Positions 1 to 9,082 of a DNA stretch of 64,000 nucleotides are shown piece by piece (position 1 is the stretch's first letter; every line of letters starts with the position of its first letter). The DNA is taken from positions 160,001 to 224,000 of the forward strand of contig JBMNIW010000012.1 in the NCBI GenBank assembly GCA_050951325.1. The letters are read 5' to 3'. Origin of the DNA: Clostridia bacterium (lineage in GTDB: Bacteria > Bacillota > Clostridia > UBA1212 > DUPL01). The notes under the pieces are model-generated. The model had not been told where the DNA came from. It saw only the letters and a program-made list of their open reading frames with translations, and did no database searches. Both the position numbers and the translations under genes were made by a program.

Positions 1-1722
1 TGAAATCCTTATTCCAAACGACAGCGAATGTGTTGGGACGACAAAACCGCACAAGCCAGTCACCGCAATAACTATGATAAGCGCAGGGCTTACAAGCTCT
101 GCAGACACGGCAGCCTCCCCTAGCACTATCGCTCCTATTATTCCCAAAGTCTGTCCAACAACGCCAGGTACGCGCACTCCTGCTTCCCTTATAATTTCAA
201 AAGACAGCTCCATGAGCAGTATTTCGATAAATATGGGAAAAGGAGTGTTCTGCCTGGTCCTGTATAACGACATGAGCAGTTCTGTTGGTATCATTTCCTG
301 ATGATAAAGGCTCAACGCCGCATAAAGACCTGGGACTATCAGGGCAATGACTATGGCAACAAACCTCAGTGCACGAAGAAATGCTCCATATGGCCATCTG
401 TCCGACATGTCTTCCGTTGTATGCATCATGTTGTAGAAGGTCATTGGCACAATACTCGCACTGGGCGTGCCATCGGTTATTATTGCCACATGGCCATGCA
501 TGAGCATGTTGGCGGTTCTGTCAGGCCTTTCTGTTGAAAGAATTTGAGGCAGCAGAGAAAACGGATGATCTTCAATAAGCTGCTCCGTTACTCCTCCGCC
601 AGGCACACACTCCACATCAAGACTTTTAATCCTTCTTTTTACCTCGTCTACAACTTTTGGGTTTGCAATGTCCTTCATATAAACAATTGCACAGGATACA
701 TTATCCACTTTGCCGATTGGCATAATTTCTGTGATCAGGCCTTTGTTTCTGATTATTCTTCTGATAAGTGTCAGGTTGGTTCTTAGGTTTTCAATAAATG
801 CTTCGTGGGGTCCTTTAACTACCGCTTCTGTTTGTGGCACTGTCACACTACGTACTTCGTAGCCTCTGCTTTCTACCAAAATACAGTGATCATCCCCATC
901 AACAAAAAGGGCGCATAGGCCATTCAACACCTGCTGAATTATTTTCTCAAATTCTTTTTCTTTTGTTATTTGATTTATTGTCAGCAGATTGTTGGCTATA
1001 TAGTCTATGGTTAGATTTTCTTTTTCTTGTTTATTCTCTTCTGAAGTGGATGTGGAGCGGGTGTCTTCTTTTCCTTCTTGTTTTTTTCTATTGCCAACCA
1101 TCAATTGTCTAAGGATATAGTCGTTTATTATATCTTTGCTTACCATACCATCCATGAAAACAATAAAGGCATCCTGTTGTTCCATTACTTTAAACTCTCT
1201 TATGACCACATCCTGGTTTACTGGTATGTTGAATTCATGCTTAATTTTTTCCATGTTCTCCTGCAGCTTTTTGGAAACCTCTTTTAATTCACATGGATTT
1301 TTGTCCTCACCTATTGTTTTTACTTCTATAGGTTTTTTTAATTCCCTTTTTTTAGGTTTTCCCGAAGACTGATGCTTGTTATTCTCATTCTCAGTTTGCT
1401 TTGTTTGCTCGGTACCATCATTTGCTGTCTTACCGGTGCTGTTATCTACATCTTGATCGCTGTTTTGTTTTTTGTCTTGACCCTCCTGCTTATTGGACTT
1501 TTTATCTGGGTTCGAGTTGTTGTCCTTCTGGTCCTTTTGTTTTTGCTCGGAGCTATTATTTTCACTTTCTTGACTACTATATTCTTGCTTGTTTTCTGCA
1601 CCGACATAAACCCTGTCTATTTCTCCACGATCCTTATCTTCGTCTTCTGGAAATCTAAATTTTTTGTATTGTTCTGGTTCTTTGTACTTTAAGACTTTGT
1701 TTATCTTGGATAATATGCCCAT
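1..1722 (-). CDS. GerA-family spore germination receptor A subunit (3' end outside window)
   Basis: Absent from the ORF track because it runs off the window edge. Manual translation from ATG 1722 (AGGAG RBS near 1730) gives MGILSKINK... with GerA motifs VKGPHEAFIE, TERPDRT, GHVAIITDGTP and EIIREAGVRVP...TLGIIGAIVLGEAAV. Confidence 0.9.
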   Translation of the reverse strand, partial: MGILSKINKVLKYKEPEQYKKFRFPEDEDKDRGEIDRVYVGAENKQEYSSQESENNSSEQKQKDQKDNNSNPDKKSNKQEGQDKKQNSDQDVDNSTGKTANDGTEQTKQTENENNKHQSSGKPKKRELKKPIEVKTIGEDKNPCELKEVSKKLQENMEKIKHEFNIPVNQDVVIREFKVMEQQDAFIVFMDGMVSKDIINDYILRQLMVGNRKKQEGKEDTRSTSTSEENKQEKENLTIDYIANNLLTINQITKEKEFEKIIQQVLNGLCALFVDGDDHCILVESRGYEVRSVTVPQTEAVVKGPHEAFIENLRTNLTLIRRIIRNKGLITEIMPIGKVDNVSCAIVYMKDIANPKVVDEVKRRIKSLDVECVPGGGVTEQLIEDHPFSLLPQILSTERPDRTANMLMHGHVAIITDGTPSASIVPMTFYNMMHTTEDMSDRWPYGAFLRALRFVAIVIALIVPGLYAALSLYHQEMIPTELLMSLYRTRQNTPFPIFIEILLMELSFEIIREAGVRVPGVVGQTLGIIGAIVLGEAAVSAELVSPALIIVIAVTGLCGFVVPTHSLSFGIRIS

Positions 1723-1776
1723 AAGCAATCCTCCTGGGTTTTGGTTTAAGTTGAGTATTTGTAGTTATAAGTTAAT

Positions 1777-2718
1777 TTATTCAGTTACTTTCACGACGCA
1801 CTGTCCCGGGTCCTTATCGTCCCTTATGCCTTTGAAGACCGGTTGCCTCATATGCCCATGTTCTGACTTCATCATATACTGTACCGTGCAAACCAGCACA
1901 GGTTCTATCCATATGGCTTCGTCACCGGAAGGGTCGTCAAAAAGAGGCTTGCCAATTCTATTGACAGACAGAACCTTGTTAAAATCGTCTCTTGAAACAC
2001 CCATGGTGACGTGACCCTGTCTTACAAGCGCCCCCTCATTGTACGCTCCGAGTATCAAACTCACCTTGTTTCCAGGCTTCATAACGTACCCACAAATAAC
2101 ATAATCATCATCTTGTAAATTTTTTATTTTTATCCAGTCTTTTGATCTTTTGCCAAAGTAATATTTACTGTCCTTTTTCTTTGCAACTATTCCTTCAAGG
2201 TTCTGAGCGGCTGCTGCATTGTAAAGTTCAACACCTTTTTCAAATACATATCTCGAAACAATAATTTTTTCATTCTCAACAATGTTTTCACTCAAGATTT
2301 GTTTTCTCTCCACCAAAGGTTTGTCCGTTATTTGCTCAGAGCCAATGTATAAAATATCGAAAGCAGAAAAGGATACTGGGTACATTTTCGAGGCAAACTC
2401 TATTTTGGTTTTGTTTGTCATCATGGATCTTTTTTGGATTGCGTAGAAATCCGGCTTACCATCCTTGACCGCAATTATTTCTCCATCCAATATGCATTTT
2501 TGCTTTATTTGCCCACATATATCCGCCAGTTCCGGGTATGTCTGATTGAGCCGCATGTTTCTTTTATTACGAATTTCAACGTTCCCCTTGTCTACATATA
2601 TGATTGTGCGTATACCATCGAGTTTTAGTTCGTAGAGATAGTCTGGAGAGTTGAAAGATTCATTTCTTTCTGTTAACAGCATGGGTTTTATATCTTTCTT
2701 ATCAAATATGTCTTTCAA
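1777..2718 (-). CDS. ligD: ATP-dependent DNA ligase, LigD ligase domain only (NHEJ)
   Basis: Motif I ELKLDG, III ILDGE, IIIa AFDIL, IV EGIVAK, V WIKIK, plus an OB-fold C-terminus (RQPVFKGIRDDK); adjacent to ku. Confidence 0.9.
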   Translation of the reverse strand: MKDIFDKKDIKPMLLTERNESFNSPDYLYELKLDGIRTIIYVDKGNVEIRNKRNMRLNQTYPELADICGQIKQKCILDGEIIAVKDGKPDFYAIQKRSMMTNKTKIEFASKMYPVSFSAFDILYIGSEQITDKPLVERKQILSENIVENEKIIVSRYVFEKGVELYNAAAAQNLEGIVAKKKDSKYYFGKRSKDWIKIKNLQDDDYVICGYVMKPGNKVSLILGAYNEGALVRQGHVTMGVSRDDFNKVLSVNRIGKPLFDDPSGDEAIWIEPVLVCTVQYMMKSEHGHMRQPVFKGIRDDKDPGQCVVKVTE

Positions 2719-2719
2719 A

Positions 2720-3490
2720 TTACTGCACCCACTGCTCCGTAGCCTTTATGCTTTGCTGCAGCGCTTCCATGAGATTGACAATTGCTCCAGCACCTTCCTG
2801 TTGTGGCTGTATAATTTCAGCACCATTTACCTTTCTTATGATTGCTTCTTTTAACCTCATTGTGTACTCATCCTTGTATCTTTCAGGCTTGAATTCGGTT
2901 GTCATATTGTTTATCAATATTTTAGCCATTTGCAGCTCCTGCTCATTTAGGTTGACATCACCTATTGGTTTTGGCATGGTCTTTATTTCCTCTTCGAAAA
3001 ACATGGTCTCAATGAGCAAACCTGCTCCCGTCGACCTTATTGTCAGAAGCTTCTCTTTTGTCCCCATTACAGTTTTTGCTATGGCGACTTTCCCCTCACT
3101 TTTCATTGCTTCGGCCAGGAGCATGTATGCCTTGTCACTGCCATCCGGGGCAACGTAATACGTTTTTTCGTAGTATATTGGATCTATCTCGGACAAAGAT
3201 ACAAAGTTTAAGATATATATGGTCTTGTCTTTTTCCGTTTTTATCTTTTCCAACTCTTCCTCTTCTATTACAATATACTTGTTTTTCTCATACTCGTACC
3301 CTTTTACAATATCGTCTTTGGAGACCTCATCCAACTTGCACGCAGGACAACTCTTTTTATATCTTATCCTACCCATGCATTCCTTGTGCAGCTGGTTAAA
3401 TGAAATGCCAACCCTTTCTGCTGCAACATAAAGATTTACAGGTATGTGCACCAAGCCAAACGAAATTGCTCCTTTATGAGCAACAGCCAT
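2720..3490 (-). CDS. ku: Ku protein (NHEJ end-binding)
   Basis: KGAISFGLVHIPVNLY, IVKGYEY, IDPIYYEKTYY and NLMEALQQS motifs; ATG 3490 has a GAAAGGGG RBS. Confidence 0.95.
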   Translation of the reverse strand: MAVAHKGAISFGLVHIPVNLYVAAERVGISFNQLHKECMGRIRYKKSCPACKLDEVSKDDIVKGYEYEKNKYIVIEEEELEKIKTEKDKTIYILNFVSLSEIDPIYYEKTYYVAPDGSDKAYMLLAEAMKSEGKVAIAKTVMGTKEKLLTIRSTGAGLLIETMFFEEEIKTMPKPIGDVNLNEQELQMAKILINNMTTEFKPERYKDEYTMRLKEAIIRKVNGAEIIQPQQEGAGAIVNLMEALQQSIKATEQWVQ

Positions 3491-3511
3491 ATAAAATACC
3501 CCCTTTCGCTT

Positions 3512-3540
3512 TATTATTTGCAAAAGAGGATAATAAATAC
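3512..3540 (-). promoter_or_regulatory. Putative sigG-type forespore promoter for ku-ligD
   Basis: GTATT-N16-AAATAATA on the minus strand; ku-ligD is forespore-expressed in Bacillus subtilis. Confidence 0.5.
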
Positions 3541-3548
3541 GCTGAAAT

Positions 3549-3579
3549 GAAAGAACCCGGTTTTTATGCCGGCCCTTTC
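3549..3579 (-). terminator. Probable rho-independent terminator after spoIIR
   Basis: Imperfect hairpin GAAAGGGCCGG...CCGGGTTCTTTC just downstream of the stop. Confidence 0.55.
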
Positions 3580-3605
3580 AGAAATGCAGACTTAATTTTG
3601 CTTTG

Positions 3606-4319
3606 CTATCTGAATTTGAGAGCTCTTTTGAATGTTGCCTGTATTCTCATTTTCGCATTCTCAATTACTTCGATTATCTTGAACTTAAACTTTATGCCAT
3701 TATTGGGCTTTTCAATAACTTCATAAGATGTTTTGGACAAATTATCTTTCAGCGCTTCTTTCCCTTGTTCATTTATCTCATTTTCGTCCACTTCTTCTTC
3801 GGTGTTATTGTCCGCATCCGGTTCATTTATAGCTGCATTGACATTTGCATTCACAAAACAAAGAGGCGGGAACAAGACGCACCACCAGTTCTGGCCAAGG
3901 CCTTCTCCTATGGTGATTTTCAAGGAGGTGTATTCGCCATTCGGCAGTATTATGTTACCGTAATCCTTGGTCGGAAACTCAAATATGCCAAGAGAAACAT
4001 CCACATCATACTCATATCCTTTGCTTCGCACAGTATCCCTGGCAATTCTCTCAATCTCATTTAGATTATTATCTAGCACCTTGTAAGCTTCTTGCGAACT
4101 CTCACAAGATTCCAATATTTTGTTTGTATACTCAACCACACTGTCTCTGACACTTAATTTTAGGTCTTGATCATCCGCATTGTCGCTGCTGGCAACAACA
4201 TGCAGCCTGACAAGATTTCCTTTCAAGTCTTCCATTACATGATTGGAATAGACGTTCAATATGCAAACAGCTGTGATTAACAATACAAGGACAAGCAGCA
4301 GATGCTTTACCTTTTTCAT
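3606..4319 (-). CDS. spoIIR: Stage II sporulation protein R
   Basis: Signal peptide, VRLHVVASSD..DQDLKL.VRD, FPTKDYG and GEGLGQNWWCVLFPPLCF. Confidence 0.95.
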   Translation of the reverse strand: MKKVKHLLLVLVLLITAVCILNVYSNHVMEDLKGNLVRLHVVASSDNADDQDLKLSVRDSVVEYTNKILESCESSQEAYKVLDNNLNEIERIARDTVRSKGYEYDVDVSLGIFEFPTKDYGNIILPNGEYTSLKITIGEGLGQNWWCVLFPPLCFVNANVNAAINEPDADNNTEEEVDENEINEQGKEALKDNLSKTSYEVIEKPNNGIKFKFKIIEVIENAKMRIQATFKRALKFR

Positions 4320-4364
4320 TACAATACCTCCATGTCTTCATGCCTTATGCATTACTTGCATGTA

Positions 4365-4394
4365 AAGTATTGCCAATTAAAAATACACATATTC
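4365..4394 (-). promoter_or_regulatory. sigF promoter of spoIIR
   Basis: GAATA-N15-GGCAATACTT matches the sigF consensus; spoIIR is a known sigF gene. Confidence 0.75.
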
Positions 4395-4415
4395 AATCTT
4401 TACCAATTTTTTAGA

Positions 4416-5099
4416 TTATTTTTCCAATGATTTTCTAAATATATCCAGAGAGGCTTTATAAAGGTTGTATGGTACGGTTACTCCGACCAATTTTTTGTCA
4501 TATTCATAGAATGCTTTCGCATAATCTGAGACGTTATCCTTGCTCACTTTATCTAGCGAGTCGAGATACATGACATTAAGTGCAAGTCTAGTTGTTTCAT
4601 CATCTTCAGTAGTCTTTATGGTGTTTTTTTCATCCCATAGGTAATTGAAACCAGCAATCAACTTGTTACAACAGTACCATAGAAGAAAGTCGTCATCGGG
4701 AGATGGGGCTTGTACTATGTTGCTTGTCTTGCCCGGTCCATTTTGGTTACTTGGACCAATTTGGTCAATTTGGTTACATGCAATTCTGTCAATTTCACTA
4801 TCAATAAGTGATTTATCCAGTTCTACATTCAAGTAGCCGTTTTCTGCACTTAAATTAAAAGACACTGGTTTGATATCACCAGCTATCTTCTCCGCAAGGC
4901 ACTCGGGGGTTCCTCCATAATTGAAATGCTGCTTCAAGAAAGCGTATAAATAAAATGCAACAAGGGAATACAACTTTCCCATTGATGCATTGTATTTAAG
5001 CTCCGCTTTTGGATAGATTACGCTTTCCTTTTCCAATATAGGAAGCACTTCAGTTATTCTTTCGTCTATAAACTTCTCAATTAACCTTATCGCATTCAT
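4416..5099 (-). CDS. Hypothetical protein, possibly related to arginyl-tRNA synthetase accessory domains
   Basis: 227-aa ORF in an operon with murI; PECLAEKIAGDI...ENGYLNVELD resembles the ArgRS N-terminal domain. Confidence 0.6.
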   Translation of the reverse strand: MNAIRLIEKFIDERITEVLPILEKESVIYPKAELKYNASMGKLYSLVAFYLYAFLKQHFNYGGTPECLAEKIAGDIKPVSFNLSAENGYLNVELDKSLIDSEIDRIACNQIDQIGPSNQNGPGKTSNIVQAPSPDDDFLLWYCCNKLIAGFNYLWDEKNTIKTTEDDETTRLALNVMYLDSLDKVSKDNVSDYAKAFYEYDKKLVGVTVPYNLYKASLDIFRKSLEK

Positions 5100-5122
5100 G
5101 AGTGCTTGTCCTTTTTTTCACT

Positions 5123-5956
5123 TTATAATGCGTCGTAGTATGCTCCCTTGTCATATTCCTTTTCTATATTTATTCTTTCCACATTATCCATCTCAAGACC
5201 AAGGAACATGTTTCCTAAAGAAGCAAATTTGTCTATGCTGTCGCTTGTAAAGTATTTTATTTCACTCTTTTCATTGTGGCCCTGTAATCCGTTTTTATCC
5301 AGCAATTTCTTGACAGCATTTGCAACTTCCACTGCTGAATTTACTAGAGTTACACTTTCGCCCAGCACTTTTCTTATTACATTCTGAAGCATGGGATAGT
5401 GAGTGCATCCCAGGATTAATGTATCTACATCAGTATCCTTGAATTCTTTAAGATACTCACAGGCGATCATTTCAGATATTTTGCCTTCCCACCAGCCTTC
5501 CTCTACCAGCGGCACAAACAGCGGGCAGGCTTTCGAGTATACTTTTGCATCCGGCTTGCATTTTTTAATTGCAGTTTCGTATACACCACTTGAAATGGTT
5601 GCCGATGTGCCTATTACTGCAATGCTTTTTGACTTTGTCTGTCTGCATGCTGCCAACGAGCCAGGCTCCACCACTTCAACAATCGGGCAGTCAAATACTT
5701 CCTTAACCACATTCAAACTGCAGGCACTGGCTGTATTGCATGCTATTACTATCATTTTTACATTCTGTTTCAATAGAAAATTTATATCCTGAAATGTGTA
5801 TCTAATAACCGTTTCTTTTGATTTGGTCCCGTATGGAGTTCTTCCACTGTCACCGAAATATACAATGTTTTCGTTGGGCAAAAGTTCATGTATTGCCCTA
5901 AGTACGGTTAGTCCTCCAAGACCTGAATCAAATATGCCAATAGGTCTGTTGTCCAT
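5123..5956 (-). CDS. murI: Glutamate racemase
   Basis: FDSGLGGLTV, ACNTAS and LGCTHYP catalytic motifs. Confidence 0.97.
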   Translation of the reverse strand: MDNRPIGIFDSGLGGLTVLRAIHELLPNENIVYFGDSGRTPYGTKSKETVIRYTFQDINFLLKQNVKMIVIACNTASACSLNVVKEVFDCPIVEVVEPGSLAACRQTKSKSIAVIGTSATISSGVYETAIKKCKPDAKVYSKACPLFVPLVEEGWWEGKISEMIACEYLKEFKDTDVDTLILGCTHYPMLQNVIRKVLGESVTLVNSAVEVANAVKKLLDKNGLQGHNEKSEIKYFTSDSIDKFASLGNMFLGLEMDNVERINIEKEYDKGAYYDAL

Positions 5957-7015
5957 TTAAAATTCCCTCTTTGTTTCTTGTTTTCTTCTTACCGCAAGTT
6001 CTATTAGCTCCGTTAATAGCTGTTTATATGTCAGTCCTGATACTTCCCACATTTTACTGTACATGCTTATGTCTGTAAAGCCAGGCAAAGTATTTATTTC
6101 ATTTAGATAAAATTCACCAGTCTCATCTAGATAAAAGAAATCCACCCTGGAAAGACCGGAGCAGTCCAGTGATTTGTACGCTTTCTTTGCAAGTTCCATT
6201 ACTTCGTTTCTCCTGTCTTCAGGTAGATCTGCTGGTATTGAAATTACACTTTTTCCACTTATATATTTGTCCTCGTAGTCGTAGAATTCTTTGGATGGTA
6301 TGATTTCTCCTGGCACTGCAACTCTTACGTCATTCTCATTCCCGAGAACCGCACATTCTATTTCTCTTCCCTTTACAGCTTCCTCAACAAGTATTCTTCT
6401 ATCAAGTTTTTGGGCTTCCAAAAGACCTTTTTCAAGTTCCTCCTTTGTGTGGCATTTGTACACCCCAACCGATGAACCAGAGTTTGCAGGTTTTACGAAG
6501 CAAGGATAGCCGATCTTGCCTGCTGCTTCATCTATGCACGCACCAATATTGTTTAGTATATTGGTCCTGGTGAGAACAATATGTTTACACATTGGTAGTC
6601 CATAAGCTTCGAACACTATTTTTGCATATGCTTTATCCATCGCAAGTGCAGAGGATAAGACATTGCAACCCACATATGGCTTGTCGAGCAACTCAAAAAG
6701 ACCCTGCACTGTTCCGTCTTCACCATTTGTACCATGCAGAACAGGGAAAATGACGTCGCAGCTTTCAAGAACTTTAACGCCTTCTGTAATTCCGTTGATT
6801 GAATCTGTACTGTTCCATCTAAGCTCCTTAATGTCTTCAACAGGGCCCTCAAAAGGTAAAAAATCACCGTCCTTGGTGATTCCCACCATTTTTACTTCAT
6901 ATCTATCTCTGTCTATATTACTGAGTACAGAATAAGCAGATACGCACGAGACTTCATGCTCCGCCGATTTTCCGCCAAAGAGAACTCCGACAGTTAATTT
7001 TTTCGTTTTTTGCAT
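5957..7015 (-). CDS. ddl: D-alanine--D-alanine ligase
   Basis: GGKSAEHEVS, HGTNGEDG, KPANSGSSVG, EFYDYEDKY and NEINTLPGFT; ATG 7015 follows AGGAGG. Confidence 0.96.
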   Translation of the reverse strand: MQKTKKLTVGVLFGGKSAEHEVSCVSAYSVLSNIDRDRYEVKMVGITKDGDFLPFEGPVEDIKELRWNSTDSINGITEGVKVLESCDVIFPVLHGTNGEDGTVQGLFELLDKPYVGCNVLSSALAMDKAYAKIVFEAYGLPMCKHIVLTRTNILNNIGACIDEAAGKIGYPCFVKPANSGSSVGVYKCHTKEELEKGLLEAQKLDRRILVEEAVKGREIECAVLGNENDVRVAVPGEIIPSKEFYDYEDKYISGKSVISIPADLPEDRRNEVMELAKKAYKSLDCSGLSRVDFFYLDETGEFYLNEINTLPGFTDISMYSKMWEVSGLTYKQLLTELIELAVRRKQETKREF

Positions 7016-7241
7016 ATTTGGATACCTCCTGAAAAACAAATGCACATGAATTGACCCCGCATCCTCTAAACCCGGCCTGCTGGGTACAATTTAGTACAAA
7101 AAATATTATACCGCTATTTGTCTAATGTTACAAGGTGGCTCTGATACGGCATGATATGCAACCTCTTTCTAGTTTAGCGTATAAAGTTATATTTTTAATA
7201 ATTATTTAACATAATGTTAATCGATATTTGACTATTTGTTG

Positions 7242-7269
7242 TTGCGTTGCGTTTAATTTATGGTATAAT
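7242..7269 (+). promoter_or_regulatory. Orphan sigA-type promoter with no downstream ORF
   Basis: TTGCGT-N16-TATAAT with extended -10 (TGG-TATAAT). Confidence 0.5.
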
Positions 7270-7275
7270 ATTTTC

Positions 7276-7366
7276 AAAATAAAGCCCCTTTTTAGGCCGC
7301 AAATAATACTATCCTTATTCAAGATCTACGCTATAAACATAAACGATCATCAAGGGGCTTTATTTT
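7276..7366 (+). ncRNA. Candidate small RNA closed by a 15-bp terminal stem
   Basis: Perfect inverted repeat AAAATAAAGCCCCTT (7276-7290) / AAGGGGCTTTATTTT (7352-7366), starting at the predicted transcription start of the orphan promoter. Confidence 0.3.
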
Positions 7367-7411
7367 ATTCCTTTTCTTAATCTCACCTTTGCTCAAGTAT
7401 GTTAAACCCAT

Positions 7412-8047
7412 CTACTCCAATGGAACATCAGCGTATTCTTCCTCATTGTAGTTGTTTGTACTTGTTTCCACTATTTTTGCCACTATATCCATATTGCGAT
7501 TTACAACTGACTGAACCACTTCATTACCTGATGTAATTTTTACACAGTTAAAATCTTTGAATTCAGTTACAGTATTTGCAATGGCATACAGAAGAATCTC
7601 AATTTCGCTTTGAGTCTCGGGCATGCCTGCCTTAAACGTTTCGTTGAAATTCAAAATAACGCAATCATCTTTGATTTTTACGCTTTTCAATTCAGCATCC
7701 TTTGGCATCATTGTTTTCAGGTTCGAAGTATCTTTTGGACCCTTGGCAAGTGTATTTACTACTTTCATTATCATATTCTCGGTCTTTTTGTCCTTGCTTG
7801 TAAAGTCAACAAGGGTCACTTCTCCAACCAGTTTGTCACCGGATGCGGTAGGATAATAGCAAACTACCCTGACCTTGTTTTTTAATGCATTCGCCTCGGC
7901 TTCTGTCATGACAAGACCGCTCGTAGGCTGATATTCGTCATCCTTCTTCTTGTCTTTTTTGCACCCTACGAGAGTTATAGCTATAACGAGCACTAAAGTA
8001 AGTAGCAAAATTATTCTCTTTCTACTTGTTTTAGTCATTGAGGTCAC
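7412..8047 (-). CDS. GerMN-domain lipoprotein (GerM-like)
   Basis: Lipobox LVGC; LAKGP, VILNFNETF and LYAIANTVTEF GerMN motifs; sigE-like promoter upstream. Confidence 0.8.
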   Translation of the reverse strand: MTSMTKTSRKRIILLLTLVLVIAITLVGCKKDKKKDDEYQPTSGLVMTEAEANALKNKVRVVCYYPTASGDKLVGEVTLVDFTSKDKKTENMIMKVVNTLAKGPKDTSNLKTMMPKDAELKSVKIKDDCVILNFNETFKAGMPETQSEIEILLYAIANTVTEFKDFNCVKITSGNEVVQSVVNRNMDIVAKIVETSTNNYNEEEYADVPLE

Positions 8048-8105
8048 CTCTTGATTTGTATATCACTTAATGAAATATACTTGCGAAGAGGTGAAAATAT
8101 GACTA

Positions 8106-8942
8106 CTATTTGCTTAACTTTTTGGTTTTGTCAAGCCAGGCGTTTGCATGCCTGAGAAGTTCCCTGTCGTTTTCCTTGTTTAGAATATTAAGAGCTTCCT
8201 TGTATGGAACAAGCCACCACCTTGAGATTTCGCTTGTTTGAATTTTGATAGTCTCGTCTTGAAACTCTGCTATGAAGTAAACTGCGAGCTTGATTGTCCT
8301 TCTCCTTCTTTTGTACTTAGGTATTATGTATTCAAAGCTGTATCTGAATCCGTCCAAAAGAGGTATGTCCAGGCCAGTTTCTTCAAACATCTCGCGCATA
8401 GCTGTTTCCTCTTCCGTTTCCTTCTCTTCAACATGACCTTTGGGAAAACCTATGTGTCCTGACTCGTTTTTTACAAGAAGATAATACCTAACTCCGTCCA
8501 TTTCTTTAAAAGGAACGGCTCCGCATACTTTTTCAAACTGTACACATGGTTCCTTGAATAAATGTCTTCTTCTCCTGAACAACCAGTCATGGATTTTAAT
8601 AAACGAGTTTCTTTCTGCTGTTGATAAAACCCTCATCGGAGAACTTGCGCTTACGTCATATACATTGTTTTCATGAACTTCGGCAACATCAACTATACCA
8701 TTGTCAAGGGGGACAGCACCTATGCATCTCACATCAGCATAAAAATACACCTCATTCACACGATACAAGCAAGCTTCCACGACACCCAGTTGCTCATACA
8801 GCAGATTCTTAACCTGACTATATATTTCCTTTCCGTGTTTTACTCTTCCACCAGGCATTCTGTAGAACTTTTTATCTTCTTCTTTTATAAATAGCCATTT
8901 GTTATTGTATCTGGTAGCTATCTTTACCGTAAATCTTTCCAC
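8106..8942 (-). CDS. NUDIX hydrolase (Ap4A hydrolase-like C-terminal domain, degenerate N-terminal NUDIX domain)
   Basis: Nudix box GHVEEKETEEETAMREMFEETG; N-terminal PGGRVKHGKE...LYEQLG is a decayed box. Confidence 0.85.
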   Translation of the reverse strand: MERFTVKIATRYNNKWLFIKEEDKKFYRMPGGRVKHGKEIYSQVKNLLYEQLGVVEACLYRVNEVYFYADVRCIGAVPLDNGIVDVAEVHENNVYDVSASSPMRVLSTAERNSFIKIHDWLFRRRRHLFKEPCVQFEKVCGAVPFKEMDGVRYYLLVKNESGHIGFPKGHVEEKETEEETAMREMFEETGLDIPLLDGFRYSFEYIIPKYKRRRRTIKLAVYFIAEFQDETIKIQTSEISRWWLVPYKEALNILNKENDRELLRHANAWLDKTKKLSK

Positions 8943-9020
8943 GATGATTTCTCCTCGCCCCTTTTATTTATTATAGCACTCGCTTTGCACTGAGTAAAGC
9001 CAGATATTGTCAATAATATG

Positions 9021-9058
9021 AAAAAGACACACAGGCTGCAAACCCATGTGTCTTTTTT
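9021..9058 (-). terminator. Rho-independent terminator after spoIIQ-like gene
   Basis: AAAAAGACACA...TGTGTCTTTTT hairpin. Confidence 0.7.
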
Positions 9059-9082
9059 GACAAAAGCAGACACATACGATTA

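Noticed and set aside
74-1692. Numerous short plus-strand ORFs, including a hydrophobic 106-aa ORF
   Set aside because: Shadows of the minus-strand gerA gene that the ORF track missed.
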